A DNA stretch of 64,000 bases from a bacterium. GTDB taxonomy: Bacteria; Patescibacteriota; Minisyncoccia; Phycocordibacterales; Phycocordibacteraceae. The DNA lies in NCBI GenBank assembly GCA_030651285.1, contig JAUSCN010000013.1:28448-92447 (forward strand), given 5' to 3'. Numbering within the stretch: position 1 is the first letter of the stretch; each line of letters opens with the position of its first letter. The position numbers and the translations under genes are program-made. The notes beneath the pieces were generated by a model. It was not told the DNA's origin. It saw nothing but the letters and a program-made list of their open reading frames with translations, and searched no databases. Positions 1 through 10,252 of the stretch are shown here, piece by piece.

Positions 1-1688
1 TTCCTTACCTTATCAAACTCCACACACAGGAAATCAGGGTTTCAGGAAAATCGAGCGGAATCCTATACGGACTTTCTGCAGCCGGAAGTATCTTCGGTAC
101 ATTCTTAATCGGACTATTCATCCTCCCTCAATTCCAATACGGGATAGCTCTTGCAGGTATCGTACTGCTACTTGTGCCCGGGGCATTCCTGCTAAACGTA
201 CGTTGGCAATATACCGCGATCACGATGACCATCTCCATCCTATTGTTATTAGGATTCACCCCGCCGGATTTTGTCTTGTATAAGCATCGTATTTTTTCTG
301 ACGGCAGGATAAAGAGCGACATGTCTGAATGGAAAAAGCTTGCCGACAGAACAAGCATATTCAGCCGCTTACAGGTATACGAAGGCACTGAGCTGGAATC
401 AAAAAAACCACTTCGGTTCCTATTGGTAAACGGCGAGATTCATTCAGCTTCATATCTCGATAGTAATGAATTGGTATTTGCATATGCGCACTACAATCGC
501 TTGGGCGGACATTTCAATCCTGCAGCTAAACGTGCCCTCCTTATCGGAGGCGGGGCGTATTCGTATGCGAATTATTTCCTAACCGACACGCCCTTATATG
601 ACACCGAGAAAGTGTGGGAGTTGGCAGGGAATCTGTATCACAACAGCAAAACCATCACCCTACCTATTCTATTTTCGTATGATTCCACAAGGAGAGACGA
701 GAAACCGTCTCTCGTATACGAGTCGAGCACAAAACCAATCGGGCGACAGATAGAAGGATCGCTCAATCATCTTGAGGCGAACAATCAAATGCCCGGGGAC
801 CGTGTGGTAGTGAAAGAAGCTGACATATTGGATACCAGCTTTACCATCTCTACAGGCTATGTACACATTCATGAAACGAGCGACGACGGCACACCGGGCC
901 GAGTAATAAGCGCTGACATTCCTGTCAAGGACTATATGCAACGACCTCGAGCCATTATTGGGAAAAGTCAGCTTATTTCTGGAAAAAACAAGGACGTTAT
1001 TGTCCGTCTCGACCGAACAGCAAAAGAGGGTGAGGTGCTGTACCCGATGCTTCATCGCGACAATGGCAACGGGCATTTTGATGAATTCCTGCTTGATGGA
1101 TACGAGCAGATCGAAGGACTGGATGTCGTAGAGATCGATCCGCGCACGACAGAACTTTCGGAGAAATTTTTTCACCTGAATCGCCAGGACCCGCGACTCC
1201 GCATTTTTCATGAAGATGGTCGCACATACTTGAACCATTCAACGGATACGTACGACATTATTTACCTTGACGCGTTCCAGAGTTTCTATGGAGTGCCATG
1301 GCAGCTGACGACTGCCGAGGCGACGAAAAAACTTTTTACCATGCTAAATGACAACGGTATCGTGATCGCAAATGTTCCCGCAGCTTTGAAAGGAACATAT
1401 AGCGGTTTTTTCCAAGCGGAGTTCAAGACATACCAATCAGTGTTTCCTGAAGTGCGCGCATACGCAGTCACTTCACCCAAAGAAGAAGAAACGGTTCAGA
1501 ACATCATCTTGGTAGCTTTTAAGAATGAGGAGACGATTCGCACATCACCCAACGACAATTCAGAGATTGCTGACCAGCTGACGCACCGATGGTATGGATC
1601 AATAGATCCGAAGACTCCGATTCTGACCGATGATTTCGCTCCTACTGATTACTTTGCAAGCACGTTCGTTAATCTGCACTCGCTCTAA
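1..1688 (+). CDS. membrane-anchored spermidine-synthase-like SAM-dependent transferase, 5' end off-window
   Basis: The frame of ORF 174..1688 (GTG) stays open back to nt 3, giving hydrophobic segments (GILYGLSAAGSIFGTFLIGLFILP). Aminopropyltransferase/class-I MTase-like motifs are LLIGGGAYS, DVVEIDP and DIIYLDAF..PWQLTT. About 190 aa are inserted between the first two motifs. Confidence 0.7.
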   Translation, partial: PYLIKLHTQEIRVSGKSSGILYGLSAAGSIFGTFLIGLFILPQFQYGIALAGIVLLLVPGAFLLNVRWQYTAITMTISILLLLGFTPPDFVLYKHRIFSDGRIKSDMSEWKKLADRTSIFSRLQVYEGTELESKKPLRFLLVNGEIHSASYLDSNELVFAYAHYNRLGGHFNPAAKRALLIGGGAYSYANYFLTDTPLYDTEKVWELAGNLYHNSKTITLPILFSYDSTRRDEKPSLVYESSTKPIGRQIEGSLNHLEANNQMPGDRVVVKEADILDTSFTISTGYVHIHETSDDGTPGRVISADIPVKDYMQRPRAIIGKSQLISGKNKDVIVRLDRTAKEGEVLYPMLHRDNGNGHFDEFLLDGYEQIEGLDVVEIDPRTTELSEKFFHLNRQDPRLRIFHEDGRTYLNHSTDTYDIIYLDAFQSFYGVPWQLTTAEATKKLFTMLNDNGIVIANVPAALKGTYSGFFQAEFKTYQSVFPEVRAYAVTSPKEEETVQNIILVAFKNEETIRTSPNDNSEIADQLTHRWYGSIDPKTPILTDDFAPTDYFASTFVNLHSL

Positions 1689-2283
1689 CCTCTTCAAGAT
1701 GAGGAGTCAGATATATGTATAGACTGAAAAGAAGAATCGCTGCGCTAAGGGCATAGAGAATGTGGGGGACCGTGAAAAATGGTACGAGGATATAGCTCGT
1801 ACCAAATACACCAACGACACTTCCGGCAGTGGTGAGCGCATATAGATCACCATGAGTCCGTCCGATCGAATCAAGGCTTTTTACAAAAACACGGATCACA
1901 TAGACGGTGAGCGCACTCAGGAACGTGATGGGCACTAAGAACAAAAGTGTTGCCCCAACAATCGCGCCGATACCATACGAGACATTAGGAGCGACAATAC
2001 TCATGATGCCGCGAAGAGTCGGTATGAGGGCGATGTATGCGCTCGCTGCTGCTGCGAGCCATACAAGCACTTCTTTTTTTTGAATCCGGTCCGCAAGGAC
2101 ACCCCCTCCATAGTACCCAACAACACTCCCGAACAGAGGAATACCGACTACTGCAGCCCATACAGGAACCGTCGATCCTACATAGGGTGCCAAGATCCGG
2201 ATCCCAAGAATCTCAAGAGCGAGGGTCGCGAACCCTGAAATGAAGAGCAGCATTTTTATTTCTGTCGATCGTTCATGAGACAT
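1669..2283 (-). CDS. polytopic membrane protein resembling the membrane module of fused spermidine-synthase-like proteins
   Basis: 204-aa ORF that is almost entirely TM helices (LLFISGFATLALEILGIRILAPYVGSTVPVWAAVVG..). It converges on the upstream gene and overlaps it by 20 nt. Confidence 0.55.
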   Translation of the reverse strand: MSHERSTEIKMLLFISGFATLALEILGIRILAPYVGSTVPVWAAVVGIPLFGSVVGYYGGGVLADRIQKKEVLVWLAAAASAYIALIPTLRGIMSIVAPNVSYGIGAIVGATLLFLVPITFLSALTVYVIRVFVKSLDSIGRTHGDLYALTTAGSVVGVFGTSYILVPFFTVPHILYALSAAILLFSLYIYLTPHLEEVRASAD

Positions 2284-2341
2284 CGTGCCGGCAATTATAC
2301 ACGCATGCGAATTATTTTCTGCGGTTATTTTGAGACGGGTT

Positions 2342-4246
2342 CTAGAAATAGATCACATCCGCACCAGACTCGTCATACAACAATAGCGAGTTATCAATAT
2401 CTGCGAGGAATGATGATGGCTCTGCGGCAAAGTCAGTACCATAGATCTTGCGGACACGGGCAAGCGTCAGGAACAATCGCTCTTTCGCACGTGTCACTGC
2501 CACATAAAAAAGTCGGCGCTCTTCTTCCTCGTCGCGATCTTTCTCACCTCCCATACCTTGATGAGGGAACAATCCTTCTTCCATACCACTCACGAACACG
2601 GTACCGAACTCAAGACCTTTTGCTGCATGCACCGTCATGAGCGTCACACCCACTTTCTCGCCTTGATCAAGCTCGTCCTGATCTCCGGCAAGCGCGGACT
2701 CTGCAAGAAATGCAGAAATGCCTTCCTTGCCCGGCGTTCCGTCGTGTCGTGTCGCGACCGATGCGAGCTCCTCAACGTTTTCAAAACGCTCGCGATCCTC
2801 AGTATTTCCTTCTTCGACAAGCGCCCGGCGCAATCCACTCTTCTCAATGACGAGCTTCACAAACTCAGAAGGCGTGAGTGAATCCGTTGCCAGCGAAAGC
2901 TCGTTAATGAGCGATTCGAATTGTTCGACTTTTGAAAGTTCCCCTGCACGAAGTTGTGATCGCTGTCCAGCGGCAAGTTTACCGAGCGTTACCTTACCGA
3001 TGCCGCGAGGAGGAGACGCGGCAGCACGCAATTTGTCAGCCTCACGCGAAGGCTCCATCGCGAGTCGCATCCATGCAAGAGCATCTTTCACTTCTTTGCG
3101 TGCAAAGAAGTGCGTACCAAGAAGTCGGTATGGGACACCTGCACGGAGCAACCCCTCCTCAAGAGCGCGTGACTGAAAATTTGTGCGGAACAATATCGCA
3201 ACGTCTTCTGGACGCGTGCCACTTCTCATCAATTCTCGTATTTTTTTTGCTATCCAATACGCTTCCGTCTCGGCAGATCGCGCCATATGTATCATGATCG
3301 GCTCTCCCTCCTCGCGCTCTGTCGTCGAATATTTTTCCTTACGATTCTTATTCTTTTCTATGATCCCATTCGCCGCATCGACCAAATTCTTGGTCGATCG
3401 ATAATTGCGTTCCAGGATGATCGTTTGTGACTCGGGATATTTCTTGTCGAATTCGAGCAGGTTTTCGATCGTTGCACCGCGCCATGTATAAATTGTCTGA
3501 TCTATATCCCCCACAACGAACAAGTTCTTGTGCTTCGCTGCAAGAATATTTGCGAGACGCCCCTGCAGCGCATTCGTGTCTTGGTACTCATCGATATGCA
3601 CATAGCGCCAACGGTCCTGAGCCTGCACACGCACATCTGCATGCTCTTCGAGAAGCTTGAGAGGGAGCGAGATGAGGTCGTCGAAGTCAAGCGCCTTTTC
3701 TGCCTGAAGCGTCTTCTCGTACCGAAGCCATACTTCTGAGACAATGCGTGGACCGAACCCCGAGCGAGAATATTTTTCATAGAACTCATTCGCGCGCATA
3801 CCCTCCCCTTTCGCGCGGGAGATACGCCCGAGCACTGCCCGCGGAGAAAGCTCCTTTGTTTCGACATCGAGCGCCTTGAGTGCCGTTGCGATCGCCTTTT
3901 CGGAGTCATCGCGGTCATACACACTGAAAAAGCGCGGGATGCCTATCGCTTTCCCATAACTCTCCAGCAGTTCGCGCCCCAGACCATGAAAAGTTGCAAT
4001 GAAAGGTGTGGCACTATCCTCTCCAAGTACCAGACGGACTCGCTCCCGCATCTCACGAGCAGCTTTGTTCGTAAATGTGACAGCAAGAATCTCTAACGCG
4101 GGAACCCCTTCGCGTATAAGGTGGTAGATTCGTGTCGTCAGTACCTTTGTTTTCCCGCTACCCGCACCAGCAAGTACAGAAATCGGCCCATCTTTTGCAA
4201 GAACAGCACCCCTTTGTGCAGCATTCAGATTATCGAGATAATTCAC
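2342..4246 (-). CDS. pcrA: UvrD/PcrA/Rep-family ATP-dependent DNA helicase
   Basis: Walker A AGAGSGKTKVLTTRI, followed by DEYQDTN, TFHGLG and VHAAKGLEF motifs in SF1 helicase order. Confidence 0.9.
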   Translation of the reverse strand: MNYLDNLNAAQRGAVLAKDGPISVLAGAGSGKTKVLTTRIYHLIREGVPALEILAVTFTNKAAREMRERVRLVLGEDSATPFIATFHGLGRELLESYGKAIGIPRFFSVYDRDDSEKAIATALKALDVETKELSPRAVLGRISRAKGEGMRANEFYEKYSRSGFGPRIVSEVWLRYEKTLQAEKALDFDDLISLPLKLLEEHADVRVQAQDRWRYVHIDEYQDTNALQGRLANILAAKHKNLFVVGDIDQTIYTWRGATIENLLEFDKKYPESQTIILERNYRSTKNLVDAANGIIEKNKNRKEKYSTTEREEGEPIMIHMARSAETEAYWIAKKIRELMRSGTRPEDVAILFRTNFQSRALEEGLLRAGVPYRLLGTHFFARKEVKDALAWMRLAMEPSREADKLRAAASPPRGIGKVTLGKLAAGQRSQLRAGELSKVEQFESLINELSLATDSLTPSEFVKLVIEKSGLRRALVEEGNTEDRERFENVEELASVATRHDGTPGKEGISAFLAESALAGDQDELDQGEKVGVTLMTVHAAKGLEFGTVFVSGMEEGLFPHQGMGGEKDRDEEEERRLFYVAVTRAKERLFLTLARVRKIYGTDFAAEPSSFLADIDNSLLLYDESGADVIYF

Positions 4247-4296
4247 TATCTGAATATACCCTAAAAACCGCTCTCCACAGGCATCCGAAGAGGTAG

Positions 4297-4324
4297 TTGA
4301 CTGTCAGTTTCATTAGCCTATACT
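4297..4324 (+). promoter_or_regulatory. sigma70-like promoter candidate for the LysM/M23 gene
   Basis: TTGACT, a 16-nt spacer, then TATACT, about 65 nt upstream of the ORF start in a divergent intergenic region. Confidence 0.45.
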
Positions 4325-4388
4325 CTGGGTATCGACTGATACGGAGGCAATCAAGAAATGGCTTATATACGTTGTATGTAAGCAATTT

Positions 4389-5558
4389 TTGTATGAGCAG
4401 ACACACCCAGAGTTTCCCTGTTTTCTTATCGCTTCACACCCAAAAACTTCCAGCTTGATGCCGCAAGACACGAGACTGGATATATATAAGGTACTTGAAC
4501 GATGCGCCCTGCTCATCGCAGGGTTCGCGATTATCACATTCGCCGTCGCTTCAATACCGAACCGTGCAAGCGCATTTTGGCCTTTTTCCACACTGAACGC
4601 AGACGCGGCGGTAGATACCTATATACCAAGCTCTACCACGCCAGTACTTATAGCGAGCGTGAATAGCAACCCAAACGCAGATGTTCCTATCAGCCTCACT
4701 ATTTCTGGAGATTCGGCTCTTATTCCCCATAGCGGACCAATCGGCACCATCACGGACATAGGCAACACACCTCCGCCAGACAGGATCTCAGTCTATGTAG
4801 TACGCCCGGGCGACACCCTCTCGGATATTGCAGGCATGTTCGGCGTTTCCGTAAATACCATCATCTGGGCAAACAATCTCACAAACGCCCGCGACGTGCA
4901 CCCAGGCGAAACGCTCGTCATCCTTCCTATTTCTGGCATTGAACGCACGATAGTTAAGGGAGACACCCTCAAATCGATTGCTAAGAAATACAACGCTGAT
5001 GCGGAAGAAATCGCTCAGTACAACGGTCTCGACCCCACAGAACCACTTGCCCTCAACTCAACCATCATCATCCCTGGCGGAGAATTTGCAGCGCCATCTG
5101 CGCCCGCAACCCAAAACAAGCGCAATCCACGCACGATTCGTGAGCCATATCTTGGCGGAGGAGGATCTGCTCAACCGGGCTACTATATGAACCCGATACC
5201 GGGCGGAATTATCACTCAGGGCCTCCACGGCTGGAACGGTATCGATATCGGTGCTGGCCGCGGCACACCGATTCATGCGGCCGCAGACGGCACTGTCATC
5301 ATCGCTCGCAACAATGGTGGATGGAACGGCGGATACGGAAACTATGTCGTTATCGCACATGAAAATGGAAGCCAGACCCTCTATTCGCACATGAAGAATG
5401 CGATCGTTTCTTCCGGACAGTATGTTTCAGCTGGTCAGACCATCGGCTATGTCGGCTCCACCGGACTATCAACGGGGCCACATCTTCACCTTGAAGTTCG
5501 CGGCGCGGCGAATCCTTTCCGAAACTGTACCGTCGGCACTGCCTGTTCACCGCAATAG
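4389..5558 (+). CDS. secreted LysM-repeat / M23 (LytM) peptidoglycan endopeptidase
   Basis: N-terminal TM anchor. Two LysM-like repeats (VRPGDTLSDIAGMFGVSVNTIIWANNL and KGDTLKSIAKKYNADAEEIAQYNGL). M23 motifs include HxxxD-type AADGTV and GPHLHLEV. The exact start is uncertain (alternative Met near 4458). Confidence 0.85.
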   Translation: MYEQTHPEFPCFLIASHPKTSSLMPQDTRLDIYKVLERCALLIAGFAIITFAVASIPNRASAFWPFSTLNADAAVDTYIPSSTTPVLIASVNSNPNADVPISLTISGDSALIPHSGPIGTITDIGNTPPPDRISVYVVRPGDTLSDIAGMFGVSVNTIIWANNLTNARDVHPGETLVILPISGIERTIVKGDTLKSIAKKYNADAEEIAQYNGLDPTEPLALNSTIIIPGGEFAAPSAPATQNKRNPRTIREPYLGGGGSAQPGYYMNPIPGGIITQGLHGWNGIDIGAGRGTPIHAAADGTVIIARNNGGWNGGYGNYVVIAHENGSQTLYSHMKNAIVSSGQYVSAGQTIGYVGSTGLSTGPHLHLEVRGAANPFRNCTVGTACSPQ

Positions 5559-5588
5559 TCTCTCCATACTGATTTTCAGTAAAAAATA

Positions 5589-5618
5589 ATCGCCAGCTCC
5601 TCCGGAGGAGCTGGCGAT
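5589..5618. terminator. 30-nt perfect palindrome, bidirectional terminator between convergent genes
   Basis: atcgccagctcctcc/ggaggagctggcgat, preceded by an A-run. Confidence 0.7.
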
Positions 5619-5641
5619 CGTGCAAGGCGGGATTTCTCCTG

Positions 5642-6001
5642 TCATTTAAATTTGATCTGACCGACACCCATATGAGCGTCAAATTGCTTTTGATACAACC
5701 TCCAGAATGTTTCCGCTTCTTGTTCAGAAATCACATGATCGCTATCCAGATCGGCCTTTACATACAGACTATAAATCACTCTCTCAAAATTTGGACCGTC
5801 CTTCACGTTTAAGACGATTTCCTGGTTCTTCTGAACTTTGTCCATAATTTCAACAGCTTTCCCTTGTCGCTCGAATTGGAAAGTGTCCCCGAGGAACATT
5901 TTCGTATCGACGAATGAGGGTTTCGAATTAAACGCAGCACATCCGGCAGCGAGAAATGCGAAAAACAACATCAGAACCAAACCAGCATGTCTTTTCATCA
6001 T
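5642..6001 (-). CDS. small lipoprotein with an EF-hand-like calcium-binding loop
   Basis: AGGAGG lies upstream of the internal MMKRH start. Lipobox LAAGC. The loop DLDSDHVISEQE fits DxDxDxxxxxxE. The start coordinate is good to about 1 nt. Confidence 0.6.
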   Translation of the reverse strand: MMKRHAGLVLMLFFAFLAAGCAAFNSKPSFVDTKMFLGDTFQFERQGKAVEIMDKVQKNQEIVLNVKDGPNFERVIYSLYVKADLDSDHVISEQEAETFWRLYQKQFDAHMGVGQIKFK

Positions 6002-6104
6002 TACTCCTCCTAATAAGATGGTGGATGATTCCCTGGAGAGAACGAAAACTTCAGCCCCCATTTATACCAACTTTTGACTCAAAAGTCAAAAGACTCAATC
6101 TCTG

Positions 6105-7682
6105 TCATTCGAATCCAAATAGTCCACGCGGGCGGTATTGAAGTGCTTCGTATACAAATGCGGGAGTGACGGGCTCGGACCCTGCAAGATCAGCGATCGT
6201 CCGAGCGACCCTCATAGTGCGATGGTAGCTCCGCGGAGAAAGATTGAGACGAGCAGCAGCATCTGCCAGAGCCTGTTTCGCCAGAGCGTCAAATCCGCTT
6301 TTTTCATCAAGATCTCGACCCGTGAGCGCAGCATTCGTTACTCCGTTCTTGCCAATGCGTGACCGCGCGCGTTCGCGCGCACGAATGACACGACTGCGAA
6401 CAGTCTCGGAAGATTCTCCTGTTGCAATGCCAGCGAGTGTCTCATGAGGAACGAGTGGGACTTCGACCCACAGATCGAGACGGTCCACAATAGGTCGAGA
6501 GATGCGGCGCGACTGTTTTGCAGCAGCGCGTATCGCTACCTGCGAATCGCCTGAGAGAGTATCTGCTGGATTCATCGCAGCGACGACCATGCAGTCAGCC
6601 GGAAACGTAATACTTGCGCGTGCGCGTGATACCGTCACTACACGATCCTCGAGAGGCTGCCTAAGTGCTTCAAGCGCACGAGACTCAAACTCAGGAAACT
6701 CATCGAGAAACAGCACGCCTTTGTGTGCCAAAGTAACTTCACCTGCTTTAGGAAACGCTCCGCCACCAACGATCGCGACATGAGAAACCGAATGGTGTGG
6801 TGATCGAAACGGCGGCCAATGCACTGCTTCACCTTCTTGAAGAAGGCCAGCGGTCGAGTGTATTGCGGTCACCTCAAGCGTCTCATCATCAGTCAGCGGA
6901 GGAAGAATGCCAGAAAGCGCGCGGGCAAGCATCGTCTTCCCCGTACCCGGAGGACCATGAAACACAATATTGTGACGTCCTGCAGCTGCAATTTCAAGTG
7001 CACGCTTCGCGCCTTCTTGCCCTTTCACATCCGCAAGATCAATAGCGACAGAAGGGACGGGAGATTGCCGATCACGAACGAGGCGTGATAATACTTTCTC
7101 CCCCTTCAAGTGCTCAATAAGCTCTCTAAGCGACTGCGGAGCATGTACGACAACACCGTCTGCGAGAAGCGCTTCGCGCACGTTTCCCGGCGGGACAAAC
7201 ATAGTCTTGATGCCACCACGTTTTGCAGCAAGCACTTGCGGAAGGACTCCGCGCACACTCCTTACCGTCCCATCAAGCGCGAGCTCACCGATAAACAACA
7301 CATCCTCGTTGTGCTGTTTTAGATCACCGACGGCGATGAGATACGCGACCGCAAGCGCAAGATCGTAGTGCGATCCCTCCTTCTTTATATCCGCAGGCGA
7401 CAATGAGAGAACAATGCGCTTGTTCTGCTGTTTCGGAGATTTGTATCCCGAATGCCTCACGGCAGCACTCACTCTATCGCGAGCCTCTTCTACGGATTTA
7501 TTGGCAAGACCGACTATTGAAAATGCGTGCAGTCCACGCGTAAGATCCGCCTCGACAATAACCATCTCGGCTGCGGAACCGACCGGCTGCGCAGCGAGCG
7601 TTTTCGCATATCCGATTTTCTGGAGCGGAGCAGGAGCAGAAGGCATATGAACCGACGGATGATTCGGTTTTGCCGCGGACAT
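6105..7682 (-). CDS. comM: YifB/ComM-family Mg-chelatase-like AAA+ ATPase
   Basis: Lon-like N-terminal domain, Walker [19 protein letters not shown], and a C-terminal ChlI-like tail. Confidence 0.9.
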   Translation of the reverse strand: MSAAKPNHPSVHMPSAPAPLQKIGYAKTLAAQPVGSAAEMVIVEADLTRGLHAFSIVGLANKSVEEARDRVSAAVRHSGYKSPKQQNKRIVLSLSPADIKKEGSHYDLALAVAYLIAVGDLKQHNEDVLFIGELALDGTVRSVRGVLPQVLAAKRGGIKTMFVPPGNVREALLADGVVVHAPQSLRELIEHLKGEKVLSRLVRDRQSPVPSVAIDLADVKGQEGAKRALEIAAAGRHNIVFHGPPGTGKTMLARALSGILPPLTDDETLEVTAIHSTAGLLQEGEAVHWPPFRSPHHSVSHVAIVGGGAFPKAGEVTLAHKGVLFLDEFPEFESRALEALRQPLEDRVVTVSRARASITFPADCMVVAAMNPADTLSGDSQVAIRAAAKQSRRISRPIVDRLDLWVEVPLVPHETLAGIATGESSETVRSRVIRARERARSRIGKNGVTNAALTGRDLDEKSGFDALAKQALADAAARLNLSPRSYHRTMRVARTIADLAGSEPVTPAFVYEALQYRPRGLFGFE

Positions 7683-7688
7683 GCTTGC

Positions 7689-8036
7689 TTATAGATGCTC
7701 GACGCAGGTAGTAGCAGCCGGATCTGCTTCAAGGCGTGCAACTTCTATGTCTTTAGTGCAGACCGAACACTTGCCATAGGTCCCCTTCTCGATCCGAGAA
7801 AGTGCCGCAAGGATAGTATCGTATCGCGCTTCGAGATCTGCGAGAATGGCCGTATTGCTTTCGCGACTCATGACTACATCTGCCTGATCAACGAGATCAG
7901 CCTCTACGCCGGTTTCAGACGGAATCGGCTCCCAATCTCCCGGAACACTAGGATTCTTACGGCCAACGCTGGCCATCTCAGCCTCCAATTTGGCTTTTTC
8001 TTCCTCTAGCCTGCTTTTGAACTGATCAGTTTTCAT
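7689..8036 (-). CDS. TraR/DksA-family C4 zinc-finger protein
   Basis: Coiled-coil N-terminus and CSVC..(17)..C-VEH zinc-finger layout. Confidence 0.75.
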   Translation of the reverse strand: MKTDQFKSRLEEEKAKLEAEMASVGRKNPSVPGDWEPIPSETGVEADLVDQADVVMSRESNTAILADLEARYDTILAALSRIEKGTYGKCSVCTKDIEVARLEADPAATTCVEHL

Positions 8037-8057
8037 AGCATGATAATACCAGAGATT

Positions 8058-9566
8058 TTACCGGGCCCGTGAGGTCGCAAGACGTTGCAGTATTTCTATG
8101 AATGCAGCAGTGTCCCGCGCAATAATGAGCGTCGTCTGATCCCAATAGCCATACACCATGACACCACTACCATCCGTATCGCGATATACACGTACGTCGT
8201 GATTAGCAACAACTTCATCGGTGAAATTTGTCGATTGAGCGGGCTTAACGACCGGAGCAATGGTAGGCCGAGCAACGGTTCTCGTCACCCTCGCTAGTGT
8301 CGTGACATCTGGAGTGCTTGACGCGATTCCTGAAACTTGAGCGGAGCGAAGCGGAAAAAGCTGACTAAGATGTTCCTGTATCGCTGGCTCCCATGAAAGC
8401 ATTCCTGAAAAAGTTTCGGCATAGGAATCGACTGAAAGTATGAAAAATGGACTTTGAGTCCCGCCAATGTTCACAATACCGGCCATGCTGCCGGCGACAT
8501 TTACATTGCGACGCAAGATATCAGGAGCGGACACATGCAGTGAAGAGAATACGCTTTCAGAATTGTCCGTCGATGATGCTGTATAGATGAGCCGGACGGA
8601 ACCGGGCATGAGCGGCCGCTCCATTGATTTGGTGATTGCTTCAAAGAGTTTCAGACCGACACCAGACACTTGTTCTCGATCATCGACGAATATCGGCGAA
8701 GAGACGGAGAACTGAAAGATAACAGGATGGAAATTGCTCAGATACCGCGTGTAGGCAAAATACATGCCAGTACCACTCAAGATAAGCAGCGCGATGCCTG
8801 CTGCGATATACAGACGACTACTGAGCGAGGTGGTTTTTTTCTCTGACGGAGTTATTTCTGGAGCTCCAGTTGCAGCATCTTGCTCTGCTGCAAGTACCGT
8901 AGCCGCTGAAGCATGTGTCTCTTTTACTTTATCTGAAAAATCTCCCAAATATGTCTTCACTGAAATAGGTACCGTCGACACCGGAGGAGCGGGAGGTACC
9001 ATGACTGACACTTCTTGTTTTGGTACTACGATCGGCATCTGTTCCAATGGAGATCCTGCAACGAGCCGTTCTGCTGGTACAGGTGTCGACATTGCTGCTG
9101 GAGCCGGCGCTGGAATCGTCCCACTCGACGCCATTGGCGCACCAGCACTCCGATTCACGACAATATTTTCCGGTATCACCGTGGCTTTTCGGAACAATGA
9201 AAGATCTGGAACACCTCCCTTCTTCAAGGTCTTCATGTCGCCCGAAAAAGTACGCACGTATTCTTCCGGATGGCCTTCAGGCTTTGCTGCGCCAACTTCT
9301 TTCGTACGCTCATCGAAAGAAGCTTTTACTGCCTCGGGAAGACCGCGAAACGTCGGGAATTCTTGTTTTCCATCCGCAGCGAGAGCATCGGTCTTACCCT
9401 GCTCCTGGACTACTGCAACTGACTGTTCTTTAGTGACAGTGAACGGAGTAAGGTCGGGCGTACCTCCCTTCTTGAGGATATCTATATCGCTCGAAAAGGT
9501 ACGAATGTATTTTTGTGATTCTTTTTTATCTGAAGATGCATTCGATGCATTTACATTCTCGTCCAT
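8058..9566 (-). CDS. hypothetical membrane protein with repeated Y[IV]RTFSxD..LKKGGxPDL motif
   Basis: 502-aa ORF. The motif occurs at aa 20-42 and 103-125, with a weaker copy near aa 204. A central TM helix (LYIAAGIALLILSGTGMYFAY) is followed by a C-terminal globular part. Confidence 0.6.
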   Translation of the reverse strand: MDENVNASNASSDKKESQKYIRTFSSDIDILKKGGTPDLTPFTVTKEQSVAVVQEQGKTDALAADGKQEFPTFRGLPEAVKASFDERTKEVGAAKPEGHPEEYVRTFSGDMKTLKKGGVPDLSLFRKATVIPENIVVNRSAGAPMASSGTIPAPAPAAMSTPVPAERLVAGSPLEQMPIVVPKQEVSVMVPPAPPVSTVPISVKTYLGDFSDKVKETHASAATVLAAEQDAATGAPEITPSEKKTTSLSSRLYIAAGIALLILSGTGMYFAYTRYLSNFHPVIFQFSVSSPIFVDDREQVSGVGLKLFEAITKSMERPLMPGSVRLIYTASSTDNSESVFSSLHVSAPDILRRNVNVAGSMAGIVNIGGTQSPFFILSVDSYAETFSGMLSWEPAIQEHLSQLFPLRSAQVSGIASSTPDVTTLARVTRTVARPTIAPVVKPAQSTNFTDEVVANHDVRVYRDTDGSGVMVYGYWDQTTLIIARDTAAFIEILQRLATSRAR

Positions 9567-9603
9567 TGCTCTCTATAGTAACGCACCAAACGGCACTTGC
9601 GGG

Positions 9604-10119
9604 TTATGCTCGTGACGTAATGGTGAATTTCTTAGGATCGTCGCACATATCGGTGAAAGCATGTGCTGCTTCTTTGAGCTTACCTGAAGAAGATTTCCCG
9701 AAAGAGATGACCTCTACCTGGCACCCTTCGTGCATATCGAGATACTGAATAAGCGGCACAAAATCGCCATCTCCCGTAACGAGCACGACCGTGTCGAGCT
9801 TTGGTGCAAGCTTCACCGCGTCGATCGCAAGACCGACATCCCAGTCGGCCTTCTTCGCACCGTCAGCAAACACCTGAAGGTCTTTCACTTTCGTTTCGAT
9901 ACCCATCTTCGTCAGCGCCTCGAAGAAATTCTTCTCTTCGCCTGCTTCCGTAGAGATCACATACGCAATCGCTCGCACAAGGACGCGCCCCCCGACCGCC
10001 TCTTCGAGGATCTTGCCGAAATTGACGCGCGCTTTATAGAGATGTTTCGCACTGTGATATAGGTTCTGCGTGTCGATAAAAACTCCTACTCGCTGTGCTG
10101 GATGCTTAATAACTGCCAT
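9604..10119 (-). CDS. NYN-domain (LabA-like) protein
   Basis: VGVFIDTQNLYHSAK near the N-terminus and LVTGDGDFVPL, arranged as in LabA/NYN nucleases. Confidence 0.75.
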   Translation of the reverse strand: MAVIKHPAQRVGVFIDTQNLYHSAKHLYKARVNFGKILEEAVGGRVLVRAIAYVISTEAGEEKNFFEALTKMGIETKVKDLQVFADGAKKADWDVGLAIDAVKLAPKLDTVVLVTGDGDFVPLIQYLDMHEGCQVEVISFGKSSSGKLKEAAHAFTDMCDDPKKFTITSRA

Positions 10120-10239
10120 AAAAATAGATACTTAATGCGCACAAAATAATAAAATGCAGCGGAATTACCGCTCCTTTCAATGATACCACCAGAAAGTATG
10201 CCCGAACGGGGCAAAGTGTACTAAACGAGAGAGATATCT

Positions 10240-10248
10240 CCCCCCCCC
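10240..10248. repeat. C9 (G9 on the minus strand) homopolymer in the rpsO-NYN spacer
   Basis: Nine consecutive C, 5 nt downstream of the rpsO stop on the coding strand. Confidence 0.9.
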
Positions 10249-10252
10249 TAGA

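Noticed and set aside
8764-9615. 283-aa plus-strand ORF
   Set aside because: It is entirely antisense to the 502-aa repeat-motif gene, has an Ala/Ser/Thr/Gly-rich low-complexity translation, and shows no motif. It is a shadow ORF.
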